Assembly (NCBI GenBank): GCA_020184695.1
Contig: JAANOX010000243.1
Coordinates: 62,001-126,000, forward strand
DNA length: 64,000 nucleotides
From: Histomonas meleagridis 2922-C6/04-290x
Lineage: Eukaryota; Protista; Parabasalia
Direction of reading: 5' to 3'
The notes beneath the pieces were generated by a model. The model did not search any database. It was not told the origin of the DNA and saw nothing but the letters and a program-made list of their open reading frames with translations. Position numbers and translations under genes: made by a program. Each line of letters begins with the position of its first letter. Position 1 is the stretch's first letter. This document shows, piece after piece, positions 40,007 to 49,633 of the stretch.

Positions 40007-43000
40007 ATGCATTCGAATGCATCGGACTTTGACGACCCTGGTTCATTTGTTGAAATTTATCCGACAGATGACAACGTTGTATTAATTCTTCTCAAGAAGT
40101 CTACTGCTATTTCTAATTATCTTTTTACAGTTAATAAATTTACTGGTTCAATTGAATCTTTCACTCATACGTCTGGTATTTCCATGTTTACAAGCACCAA
40201 AGAAGCATTAGCATTCATGGAAAAAAACTATAAACTCCGTAAGAATGAAAAGAAACGAGGCATTGCTTTAATTGGTATTGCCAAGTTTGGTCCAATTGTT
40301 TATATCCCCATTGTTACCAAAGTTTCTCTTACTGCTATGGTTCTTAATAAGTGTGCAATTTACACTATCAAAGATGTATACTTTTATTCTTTCAAATTAC
40401 CTTTTCATCCAGCACTTCAAGGCCCAGAAGAGCGTCGCGTTAATCGCATGACCGGTTATCCCTTTACGGATCTCCATTTTTATTGTGAAAACCATGATTT
40501 TACATCTCCAATATGGTCCGATAAACATCATACATCTTTTGTCTGGAATGAGTTTTGGGTCAAACCATTTGAAGCTGTACATCAACGTGATGTTTGTGTT
40601 AATCTTTTACAAGGTACTGTTTCTAGCGAAGTCATCACAATTTTCCCATCTGACATATTAGTACCACGAATCAACCAAAACAACAGCTCCAGCAATAGTC
40701 CTGAGAGCTCTCCACTTAATTCCATTGACAAAGAAAGTACTGAACCACCTGTTGATAGTAATGGCAAGTCATTCAAGATCACACTTATCACGATTCGTGA
40801 AGCAGCCAATGGTGGAACGCGATATTTTGCACGTGGAGTTGATAAGAATGGTTATGCCGGCAATGAAGTTCAATGTGAATTAATTGTCGAGACATGTGAT
40901 GGTCGAGTATGGTCAACAGTATGGCGAAGAGGCACGGCGCCAATCATCTGGCGTTCAATCATCGGTAAGAACTTACCATCAGTATCACATGTTGTTGACA
41001 AATCTTCATTTTATTCTCAATACACGTCAACATATTTCGATCGTCTTAAGGAAGAATTTAATGAAATAATATGTGTTGACTTATTACATAACACATTACA
41101 AGCGAGTCATGATGAATATGAAATTCATAATTCATTTGCAACGACTGTTGCTAAAATTGATAAAGTTTCACATATAAGTTATGATTGGCATAGTAAAGTT
41201 AAAGAAAAGACGATTCCTGAAGCAACTAAAGAATTGTTAAATATCTTTGAACCAGATTATTCATTTTCATTTCCTAAATCTGATTCAGATAAAAATGATT
41301 TCCCTCCACCACCAGAACGAAGTGATAAAATTCCATCATTTTTATTTGGTAATGAAAATGGATGTATTAAATCAGGGAACAATTTCATTGAAGAAAACAA
41401 GCAAAAAATAGTTTATCGCTTAAATTGTTTAGATTCATTAGATCGTACAAACATTGGATGTTTCTTTTATGCGATGAAATGTTTATCCATAATATTACAT
41501 GAATTAAGAATATGTGAACCGATTACTAAAGAATATCCAGTCCATAAATTATTTGCAATGCCAATGAAAGTACGACAATTTATGGCACGAGCATTTATAA
41601 GTATTGGTGATTGTATTTCATTAATATATACGAATACTAATGCTTGTATGACTGATGTGTTATTAGAAATTGGAGGAATTAAAGAAAAGACTGAAAGTGA
41701 TTCAGGTATTAGTGTCCAACGAAGATATCATAACATGGTAACTGATCGAAAACGTAACAAATTATTTGCATTATTTAATGGCCGATTATTTGATACTTAT
41801 TTACCATCAATAGATACTACACCAATACCAATGTTAGTTAGTGGGGATACAGCTCATATATTTCCAAAAATTATTAATAAGAATATTAATTTAGAATGTT
41901 TATTAAGTGATCGTTTAAGCACAATACAAATTTCGGATTTAAAACATTTAAATATTAAATCTGATATTGATAGTATTGAACCTATGCATGCAATACGTAT
42001 TATGTTAAATGATTATTGTTATATTACACAAATAGTAATGAATTTAATACCTCCATTTCCACCTTCATCTATATCATTATATCAATCATTAAATGATCAA
42101 TTTGAACATAAGATAGAATTAGTTAAAAACATAGCAATACCACAAGTTAATACACCTACACCAATTAGTATATTAATACCACCTGATTATTCAACAGCTC
42201 CAATCTTAGCTCGTTATCTTATTATACAATTCCATACTAAAAATCCAATGATTACTTTATCAAATATATATGTCTTTGGATATAAAAAACCAATATATTT
42301 CCAAAAGGCTTATCCAGAAACATTTGCTAACTTACCTATACCTAATGAAAATGACAGTAAAATTACTACTCATATAATGGAAAAGAAAAATCTTGAATCA
42401 TATTTACAAAGTATTCAAGGCGTTGATAATGAAAAGGTGATACAAATTGAATCATTACGTATTAAGAATCGACTTAGTCATTTAGAATTATATTCGAAAA
42501 TACCATTATATAATGCAAATTTAAAGCCATTAGATTGTAACATTAAGAATTTACGATTTAAACCTATCACAGATGACATTTCCGAGAAGATATGTTGTAA
42601 ATGTCATCATAAAGCTGATTTTGTTTGTATGATATGTGAACGTGAGTTTTGTCATGAATGTGTAATTAGTATTGAGGTATTACCTGATTTCTTCTTTGAA
42701 GGAAAAGGTTTCATATGTAATCAATGTGATAATTATTATCAAAAGGTTCGCGCTTCATATTCTGATTTAATGGCTTTAAATTTCGATTATTATCGTACTG
42801 ATCCAATACCATTAGAAGAACAAGAAACATTAGCATTCTTAAGTGCGTATAAATTAAATGTTGTCCAATATGATCCTACGCAATTTCCTTATGCGTTTTT
42901 CCAAAGCACACGAAATTCATATTATAATTTAGTATTAACTAATGAAGGTGGTGAAATTGATTCTTCTGGTAAAAACTTAGTTTTGTCATTAGGATTAACA

Positions 43001-43558
43001 ATGCGAATCATTAAAATTGATATCGAATCATCAAATGATTTACGAATGACAATAGCAGATGAAAGTCAAAGTAAATTATTAAATATCGAAGCTAAAGTTT
43101 CGAAGTCCATAAATTGCGATCTTGAAGGTAACATGTTTTATTTGGGAGTTAATAATGGAACATTAAATAAGTTGGTATTACAAGGAATTCGAAAGCATCA
43201 ACTAATTCAACCACAGAATATGCAAATTAGTAAAGTAAAACAAGAACAAATTAAAGAAGTTAAATGTAAACAAGTACAAGGAAATAATAATCAAACATTC
43301 AAATTAACAATGAAAAATGAAAAAATGGTAAAAGGTTTGATAATGAGGGAATTGGCAGGTGTCAACTCATTGATTATTGTGTTTCACGAGCCAAAAAAAG
43401 ATGAAATATTCTTCACAGAGGCTTACTACTTACCAATGGGAGCGCCGTATTTCGTCCTCAGATTCGAAAATAAAATACCAAAGACAAAACATATCGACGT
43501 GATATTTTATGACGTGGATAGTTCATATAATGAGCCAAAGATAATGTTATTTGAGTAA
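40007..43558 (+). CDS. SAC-domain phosphoinositide phosphatase (SAC9-like) with a C-terminal Cys-rich zinc finger
   Basis: GGTRYFARGVD, NEVQCE, WRRGTAPIIW; catalytic CX5R motif RLNCLDSLDRTN; CCKC..CMIC..FCHEC..ICNQC. Confidence 0.85.
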   Translation: MHSNASDFDDPGSFVEIYPTDDNVVLILLKKSTAISNYLFTVNKFTGSIESFTHTSGISMFTSTKEALAFMEKNYKLRKNEKKRGIALIGIAKFGPIVYIPIVTKVSLTAMVLNKCAIYTIKDVYFYSFKLPFHPALQGPEERRVNRMTGYPFTDLHFYCENHDFTSPIWSDKHHTSFVWNEFWVKPFEAVHQRDVCVNLLQGTVSSEVITIFPSDILVPRINQNNSSSNSPESSPLNSIDKESTEPPVDSNGKSFKITLITIREAANGGTRYFARGVDKNGYAGNEVQCELIVETCDGRVWSTVWRRGTAPIIWRSIIGKNLPSVSHVVDKSSFYSQYTSTYFDRLKEEFNEIICVDLLHNTLQASHDEYEIHNSFATTVAKIDKVSHISYDWHSKVKEKTIPEATKELLNIFEPDYSFSFPKSDSDKNDFPPPPERSDKIPSFLFGNENGCIKSGNNFIEENKQKIVYRLNCLDSLDRTNIGCFFYAMKCLSIILHELRICEPITKEYPVHKLFAMPMKVRQFMARAFISIGDCISLIYTNTNACMTDVLLEIGGIKEKTESDSGISVQRRYHNMVTDRKRNKLFALFNGRLFDTYLPSIDTTPIPMLVSGDTAHIFPKIINKNINLECLLSDRLSTIQISDLKHLNIKSDIDSIEPMHAIRIMLNDYCYITQIVMNLIPPFPPSSISLYQSLNDQFEHKIELVKNIAIPQVNTPTPISILIPPDYSTAPILARYLIIQFHTKNPMITLSNIYVFGYKKPIYFQKAYPETFANLPIPNENDSKITTHIMEKKNLESYLQSIQGVDNEKVIQIESLRIKNRLSHLELYSKIPLYNANLKPLDCNIKNLRFKPITDDISEKICCKCHHKADFVCMICEREFCHECVISIEVLPDFFFEGKGFICNQCDNYYQKVRASYSDLMALNFDYYRTDPIPLEEQETLAFLSAYKLNVVQYDPTQFPYAFFQSTRNSYYNLVLTNEGGEIDSSGKNLVLSLGLTMRIIKIDIESSNDLRMTIADESQSKLLNIEAKVSKSINCDLEGNMFYLGVNNGTLNKLVLQGIRKHQLIQPQNMQISKVKQEQIKEVKCKQVQGNNNQTFKLTMKNEKMVKGLIMRELAGVNSLIIVFHEPKKDEIFFTEAYYLPMGAPYFVLRFENKIPKTKHIDVIFYDVDSSYNEPKIMLFE

Positions 43559-43814
43559 AAACATTTTATAAATGAATTTTTTTTTTTAGTTGTCATATGA
43601 TTTGGCGAAGATTATGATAAAAAATTTCATTTAGAGTTAAAAATTGTTCGAAAATGAATTTGGAAATTTCTTATGAAAACAGTGGTAAAAAAATATTGGA
43701 CATCTTCTTTGTAATTTAAAATAAAATTAAAGTTTTAGTATTCCTTATGTTTCAAAAATAATTATTTATGTCTATAAGTTTTTCATTATTGTCTAAATCA
43801 CAGTTTATATTTTA

Positions 43815-45425
43815 ATGTTGACCAAATTTGCTTCAGTGATTTTTCTTCTCTTTTTTTCTCATGCATTACAAATATTTGATAATAAAACATTAACACTAAA
43901 CGTAACAAATAAAGATGAATTTAAAAATGATTATAAAAACATTACAAAACATGTTATCATTTCAAATCCAATAGATGCTATTCCAAGTAAAGCTTTTTAT
44001 GAATGGTCATCATTAATTACAGCAGTGATTGATAATTCTGTCACTTTAATTGGTGGTCATGCATTTTTTAGTTGTTCTAATTTAGAGCAAGTTTCATTTG
44101 GAAATGGTATAAAAGATATTGGACTATATGCGTTTGGCTACTGCTCTTCATTAAATGATGTTAAAATAATAAGTCCTCTTACATCAGTTGGGTCAAATGT
44201 ATTCGTTAGTTGTACTGGTATAAAATCAGTATTTTTAGGAGAAGGTGTTCAAACGATCGGATCTTTTATGTTTCAAGATTGTCATAATATTTCAAATGTT
44301 ACAATTTCAAGTACTGTTTCTTCAATATTATCAAATCCATTTATTCGTTGTAGCGGCCTTCAATTCATAAATATTTCGAAAGAAAATAAACATTTTTCTG
44401 ATTATAAAAATGATGGAGTTTTATATAATAAAAACATTACAAAACTTATTTGTTATCCAATTGGAAATTTCAGAAAAATATTCAAATTTCCAGATTCAGT
44501 TACTTTAATTCAATCATTTGCATTTACTACAAGTTATAACTTATTAACAATTTCATTAGGAAATAATGTATCTACAATTGAAAGCTCTGTATTTGATTCA
44601 TGTATATTCACAAGCTTTATAATTCCAAATAGCGTTACAGACATAGAATCACATGCATTTTCTCATTGTAAACAATTAGAAAGACTTGTCATTGGGGCAA
44701 ATGTGAATAACGTTGGAAGTTATGCATTTTCAGATTGTATTATACTCAGGTGCATTTATTTTTATGGTGAAACTTCTCCAAATTTTGGAAATGATTGTTT
44801 TTATAAAGTTTTAGCAACAACTGTTATGGTAAATAAAAATTATTCAAGTCAAACATTCGGAGAATTAAAAACAACCAACGAAACAATTGATAAATGTCTT
44901 CCTGTTACACAAACATTTTCTAATTCAAATACATTCACAGAGTCAAATTCATTTTCTAAATCAAATACATTCACAAAAGTCGATTCATCTGATTTAGCTT
45001 CAACACATTCATTTGTCATATCGCATATTTTATCATTTACATTTTCATTCAGTATGTATAGTTTTTATACCAATTCATATATTGCTTCAAAAATTGATTC
45101 AACATTTATATATATTTTAACATCAATTCTATATTATGATTATTCAGCTACTATTTATTCCCAATATTTCACATATTATTCAGATTTATATGTTGATGAT
45201 AATAAGGGAACAAAAAGCGACAATAAAACTCAAACTTATATTGCTGTAGGAGCTACAATTGGAGTAATTGTTCTTGTTTCTTTAATTATTATTTTGATAA
45301 TTTACATTCGAAACAAACAAATAAATAATGAATTATCAAACAATAATAAAGAAAACAAAATAAATAATGTTGAAGATCCAGTTGCAAATGATTCCAAAGA
45401 AAATAATTATGCTTTTCTTGGATAA
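43815..45425 (+). CDS. BspA-like LRR single-pass surface protein
   Basis: Signal peptide MLTKFASVIFLLFFSHALQ; TpLRR repeats; SNTF stalk; TM IAVGATIGVIVLVSLIIILIIYI; tail VEDPVANDSKE. Confidence 0.9.
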   Translation: MLTKFASVIFLLFFSHALQIFDNKTLTLNVTNKDEFKNDYKNITKHVIISNPIDAIPSKAFYEWSSLITAVIDNSVTLIGGHAFFSCSNLEQVSFGNGIKDIGLYAFGYCSSLNDVKIISPLTSVGSNVFVSCTGIKSVFLGEGVQTIGSFMFQDCHNISNVTISSTVSSILSNPFIRCSGLQFINISKENKHFSDYKNDGVLYNKNITKLICYPIGNFRKIFKFPDSVTLIQSFAFTTSYNLLTISLGNNVSTIESSVFDSCIFTSFIIPNSVTDIESHAFSHCKQLERLVIGANVNNVGSYAFSDCIILRCIYFYGETSPNFGNDCFYKVLATTVMVNKNYSSQTFGELKTTNETIDKCLPVTQTFSNSNTFTESNSFSKSNTFTKVDSSDLASTHSFVISHILSFTFSFSMYSFYTNSYIASKIDSTFIYILTSILYYDYSATIYSQYFTYYSDLYVDDNKGTKSDNKTQTYIAVGATIGVIVLVSLIIILIIYIRNKQINNELSNNNKENKINNVEDPVANDSKENNYAFLG

Positions 45426-45658
45426 ATAAAATTGATCTGGCAATTTATTTAAAAAAATGTTATTTAATACTAAAAGTAAACGTTTTAAAGCAAACAATTC
45501 ATTTCTTTTCATGTGAGAAAATGTTTATCCCATTTTTTATATATATTTAAATGTTTTACAATTTATTCCATATAAATTTAAAATTTTGTTTTTTTATAAC
45601 CTTATTTATTTTTGTGTTTTACACCAAAATAATTTCATCTTCGTATGCTATTACAAGT

Positions 45659-45760
45659 AATTTAAAAGATATTAATTTATTTTTTACAGGCTTTTTATAT
45701 GCATGTATCAATGGACTTAATGAAATTGCTAAGATTCTATTGAAACAAATCAATATTGAC
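45659..45760 (+). pseudogene. Single ankyrin-repeat remnant
   Basis: NLKDINLFFTGFLYACINGLNEIAKILLKQINID, inside a low-complexity ORF (45551-45841). Confidence 0.55.
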
Positions 45761-45874
45761 AGTGATTATTTATTATTTTCATTGGTATATTTTTTATTTT
45801 TTTTTAAAACTATATTTTCCCGAAAGGTGAAAAAGAAATGAATAATTTTACCATTGATTATTCTGATATATATT

Positions 45875-45937
45875 GAAGAAGACCCATTTGCAAAAGATTT
45901 TAAAGAAGATAATTTTGTTGTGCACAGATGGGGGTAA
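45875..45937 (+). pseudogene. Orphan cytoplasmic tail of a surface protein
   Basis: EEDPFAKDFKEDNF, the same motif that ends the 24796 and 58520 proteins, with no upstream ORF. Confidence 0.6.
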
Positions 45938-46373
45938 GGTCTTTAAATTTTTTATTTACTATTGAAGTCTTGAGTAAAGAAGAAAATATCTAAATTAACT
46001 GGATTTTAAATTTCTTGAAAATAGAACCTAAAGAAATATTTGAGGAAATAAGGAAGATATGTTTCTTCCTTCTATATGATGCATCTAAATGAGATATTTG
46101 AATTTAAATTCAAAAATATTCTCTCATATGAAATCATTTTCGTTTATTTTATATTTCAAGCAATATAATCAAAAGAAGAAAGGAAATTTCATATAAGTTC
46201 TTTGATTTTTTTGGCTAAATTTCTTTTTTGAACGATAGAAATCCTTTTGCAAAACGAATATTAACTTTAAAAAAACAAACCTTAAACATTTTCAAACTAG
46301 GCACCATCAAATAATACACTTCTTTGCTGCTAAAGATCGAATTATTACCACAAATGAAGATTACCAAAATTTA

Positions 46374-47603
46374 TTGTCACAATTTCCTACTATTCTCCAA
46401 AACCTCAAGAATCGAGCTCAAGTGCAAAGTTCTGCTGAACAAATTTATAAGCTTTTTGGTCATTCTAATTTTTCTCTTCTTCCAATTTTTTTTGATGAAG
46501 ATTTTGTTCAAGCTCTAATTTTTCTTCTTAATTATAATCTTCCAACAAGCATACTTGCGGCACGTGTTATTGGGAACATATGGTATTATCTAAAAGATTT
46601 TGGAAACGTGTTTACATCAGAAAAAATTGTTAAAGCTGTTTACCAAAGTTGCTGTCAATCTCCCTTAGCTGTCAATCTCAGTCCTTACGCATTTTTTGCA
46701 TTTGCCAATTTCAGTGCTATTTCTGTTGAAGCCAGAGATCTTTTATTACACATTATCTATGGTTCATTACTTGGTTTTCTCAAGAGCCACACCTGCAGTG
46801 AGGATCTCAAGGCAGGTTTTAGACTTGTCAACAACATATTTCTCTTTAATTTTGACGATTTTGATTTTATCAATAATCTCATTCCAGTTTTCCGTTATCA
46901 CTTAATGCACATCAATCCTGAAATTCGTGTTTTATCTTCCATTTGCTTGAATCATATTCTAACAGACAATAATTACATCCCACTATGTGTTGAGTATCAG
47001 GTTCCCGTTGCAGTTGCACGTTGCATAACTGAATCAAATTCAAAAAAAACGTATTTTTCTGAGATTTACGAAACCGCCGACCTTCTTGTGGATGTTGGAA
47101 TAATTGATCCGTTTATATCAGAACCTTTATTAATATCATCGAAAGAAATGATAGAACAAGCATTGGACAAAGACTTTTATTCTCTTTTCATATTTTTTTC
47201 CCTTTTAGCTCAGCCTTTTTTGAATAATTTTCCCATCTTTTTATTTGAAGAACTTATACCAATATTAATTGACTTTAGCTTAAATGGCTGTTATAACAGT
47301 AAGATCGGATCAACATTTTGTCTCACAAAAATTATAGATAATATTGATGAAAATAATATCATCAACATATCTGAAAGAGGAGCATTAGAAGCATTAATTC
47401 TGTTGTTATCAAGTGACAATGATAATGAAGCAGGTTGGATCATTTCAGCTATATATAAAATAATTAAAATTGATATATTAAGATTCCAAGAAATATGTGT
47501 TGAACTTAATCTTTTGGACACATTGAATTCAATAAGGACAGAAGATGAAATTCTTCAACAAAAAATAATGCTTATATTTGAACTGTTTAATAATGAAAAT
47601 TGA
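46374..47603 (+). CDS. Divergent importin-alpha-like ARM-repeat protein (start codon unresolved)
   Basis: LAARVIGNI, AFFAFANFSAISVEARDLLL (~AVWALGNIAGDS..RD), GALEALILLL; frame is open from 46239 with no ATG until ~46905. Confidence 0.6.
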   Translation: MSQFPTILQNLKNRAQVQSSAEQIYKLFGHSNFSLLPIFFDEDFVQALIFLLNYNLPTSILAARVIGNIWYYLKDFGNVFTSEKIVKAVYQSCCQSPLAVNLSPYAFFAFANFSAISVEARDLLLHIIYGSLLGFLKSHTCSEDLKAGFRLVNNIFLFNFDDFDFINNLIPVFRYHLMHINPEIRVLSSICLNHILTDNNYIPLCVEYQVPVAVARCITESNSKKTYFSEIYETADLLVDVGIIDPFISEPLLISSKEMIEQALDKDFYSLFIFFSLLAQPFLNNFPIFLFEELIPILIDFSLNGCYNSKIGSTFCLTKIIDNIDENNIINISERGALEALILLLSSDNDNEAGWIISAIYKIIKIDILRFQEICVELNLLDTLNSIRTEDEILQQKIMLIFELFNNEN

Positions 47604-47719
47604 TCTCATGTAAAATATTATTTATGATTTATTTTCTTTTTTGTACAATCGTTTGAAACATTTATTTCAACAACTTTAACACCAACTATTTCTTCTTCAA
47701 GTGAGTTCAGGAGAGACGC

Positions 47720-47907
47720 ATATAAACGTCAAATAGTTGAAAGTGGTGTTGAGGGATTCGTAAATTAATGCTTTTATAAAATCAGTTACATCAATTAGAA
47801 GTTATGCATTCGCGTATTGCTATGACTTAGACAATATTAACATTTGTGAAAACGTTATAGCAATTCAAAATTATGCATTTTATCAATGTTCTTCACTTAA
47901 TATTTAA
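47720..47907 (+). pseudogene. BspA LRR fragment
   Basis: KSVTSIRSYAFAYCYDLDNINICENVIAIQNYAFYQCSSLNI* at 47779-47907; no start, no TM. Confidence 0.75.
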
Positions 47908-48152
47908 TATTATATATATTCTTATCAGAATCTCTTAATTTAGTATTTCTACTTTTTAAAAATTTAAAACCGACTTCAGATGATGCACCCCAAAAAGCAA
48001 TAGACATAAACCATTTAATTTCTATGGCCATCCAATTTTTGTGAGAAACACGTTATTTTCCTTCACTTTTGCACAGCCACAAATTTTTAATTCAAATTTC
48101 ACATGTTAACCGCCCAATAAATAATAACGGACATTTCAGCTCACTCTTCAAT

Positions 48153-49508
48153 ATGCGTGAAGTTATTTCAATCCATGTTGGTCAATGCGGCGTCCAAATC
48201 GGTAACGGATGCTGGGAACTCTATTGCCTTGAACACGGTATCCAACCAGATGGTCAAATGCCATCAGATAAGACCATCGGTGTTTGTGATGATGCCTTCA
48301 ACACCTTCTTCTCTGAAACAGGATCAGGCAAACATGTTCCACGTGCTGTATTTGTAGATCTTGAACCTACCTGTATGGATGAAGTTCGTACTGGTACATA
48401 CCGCCAACTTTTCCACCCAGATCAACTTATCAATGGTAAGGAAGATGCTGCCAACAACTATGCTCGTGGTCACTATACAGTTGGTAAAGAAATCATTGAT
48501 CTTACCCTTGATCGTATCCGTAAACTTGCAGATCAATGTACTGGTCTTCAAGGTTTCCTTATCTTCCACTCCTTCGGTGGTGGTACTGGCTCAGGTTTTG
48601 GTTCACTTCTTCTTGAACGTCTCTCTGTTGATTATGGTAAGAAATCGAAGCTCGAATTCACTGTTTATCCAGCACCACAAGTTTCAACAGCAGTTGTCGA
48701 ACCATACAACTCCATTCTCGCCACCCATGCTATGATTGATCATTCTGATTGTGCATTCATGGTCGATAACGAAGCACTTTATGATATCTGCCGTCGTGCT
48801 CTTGATATCGAACGTCCAACCTACACCAACTTGAATCGTCTTATTGGTCAAGTTGTTTCTTCTCTTACTGCATCTCTTCGTTTCGATGGTGCACTCAATG
48901 TCGATTTCAACGAATTCCAAACTAACCTTGTTCCATACGCACGTATCCACTTCCCAATCTGTTCATATGCACCAGTCATTTCCGCCGAAAAAGCATATCA
49001 CGAACAATTATCAGTTGCTGAAATCACTAACTCACTTTTCGAGCCAGCAAACATGATGGTTAAATGTGATCCACGTCATGGTAAGTATATGGCATGCACA
49101 TTATTGTACCGTGGTGATGTTGTACCTAAGGATGTATCTGCTGCTGTTGCTACAATCAAGACAAAGCGTACAATCCAATTCGTCGATTGGTGTCCAACTG
49201 GTTTCAAGATGGGTATCAACTATCAACCACCAACTGTTGTTCCTGGAGGTGATCTTGCCAAGGTTCAACGCGCTGTTTGCATGTTAGCCAACACCACTGC
49301 TATTGCTGAAGCTTGGAGTAGACTTGACCATAAGTTCGACCTTATGTACGCTAAAAGAGCTTTCGTTCATTGGTACGTTGGTGAAGGTATGGAAGAAGCT
49401 GAATTCCCTGAAGCACGTGAAGATCTTGCACTCCTTGAAAAGGATTATGACGAAGTTGCTTCTGAATCAGTTGAAGATGGCGAAGAAGAAGAAGATGAAG
49501 AAATGTAA
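48153..49508 (+). CDS. TUBA: Alpha-tubulin
   Basis: [11 protein letters not shown] start at ATG 48153 (the ORF-track start at 48069 is TTG); GGGTGSG signature; K40 in DKTIG; strong codon bias; Inr TCACT upstream; TAAA stop. Confidence 0.99.
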   Translation: MREVISIHVGQCGVQIGNGCWELYCLEHGIQPDGQMPSDKTIGVCDDAFNTFFSETGSGKHVPRAVFVDLEPTCMDEVRTGTYRQLFHPDQLINGKEDAANNYARGHYTVGKEIIDLTLDRIRKLADQCTGLQGFLIFHSFGGGTGSGFGSLLLERLSVDYGKKSKLEFTVYPAPQVSTAVVEPYNSILATHAMIDHSDCAFMVDNEALYDICRRALDIERPTYTNLNRLIGQVVSSLTASLRFDGALNVDFNEFQTNLVPYARIHFPICSYAPVISAEKAYHEQLSVAEITNSLFEPANMMVKCDPRHGKYMACTLLYRGDVVPKDVSAAVATIKTKRTIQFVDWCPTGFKMGINYQPPTVVPGGDLAKVQRAVCMLANTTAIAEAWSRLDHKFDLMYAKRAFVHWYVGEGMEEAEFPEAREDLALLEKDYDEVASESVEDGEEEEDEEM

Positions 49509-49590
49509 ACTTCGCAAATTTTGAATTATGATTTTATTTTTTGTGTGGACAATACGTATCGGGGTATTGAAATTTTTGATGTTGGTTGGA

Positions 49591-49598
49591 AACCGTTA
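49591..49598 (+). promoter_or_regulatory. Myb-recognition-like (M3-type) core promoter motif AACCGTTA
   Basis: 36 nt upstream of the TAF5 ATG; similar DRCSGTTD words occur at 6122, 23840, 23854 and 54038 (-), all intergenic. Confidence 0.4.
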
Positions 49599-49633
49599 TA
49601 TGTATATATTAAACGTTCTCTAACTCAGCTGCG

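Noticed and set aside
48069-48152. N-terminal extension of alpha-tubulin in the ORF track
   Set aside because: It starts at TTG; the canonical MREV start at 48153 follows an Inr.
49572-49633. Possible 27-nt intron GTATATA...TCTAACTCAG in the TAF5 5' region
   Set aside because: It matches the short trichomonad intron consensus only partly, lies upstream of the ATG and no ORF requires it.
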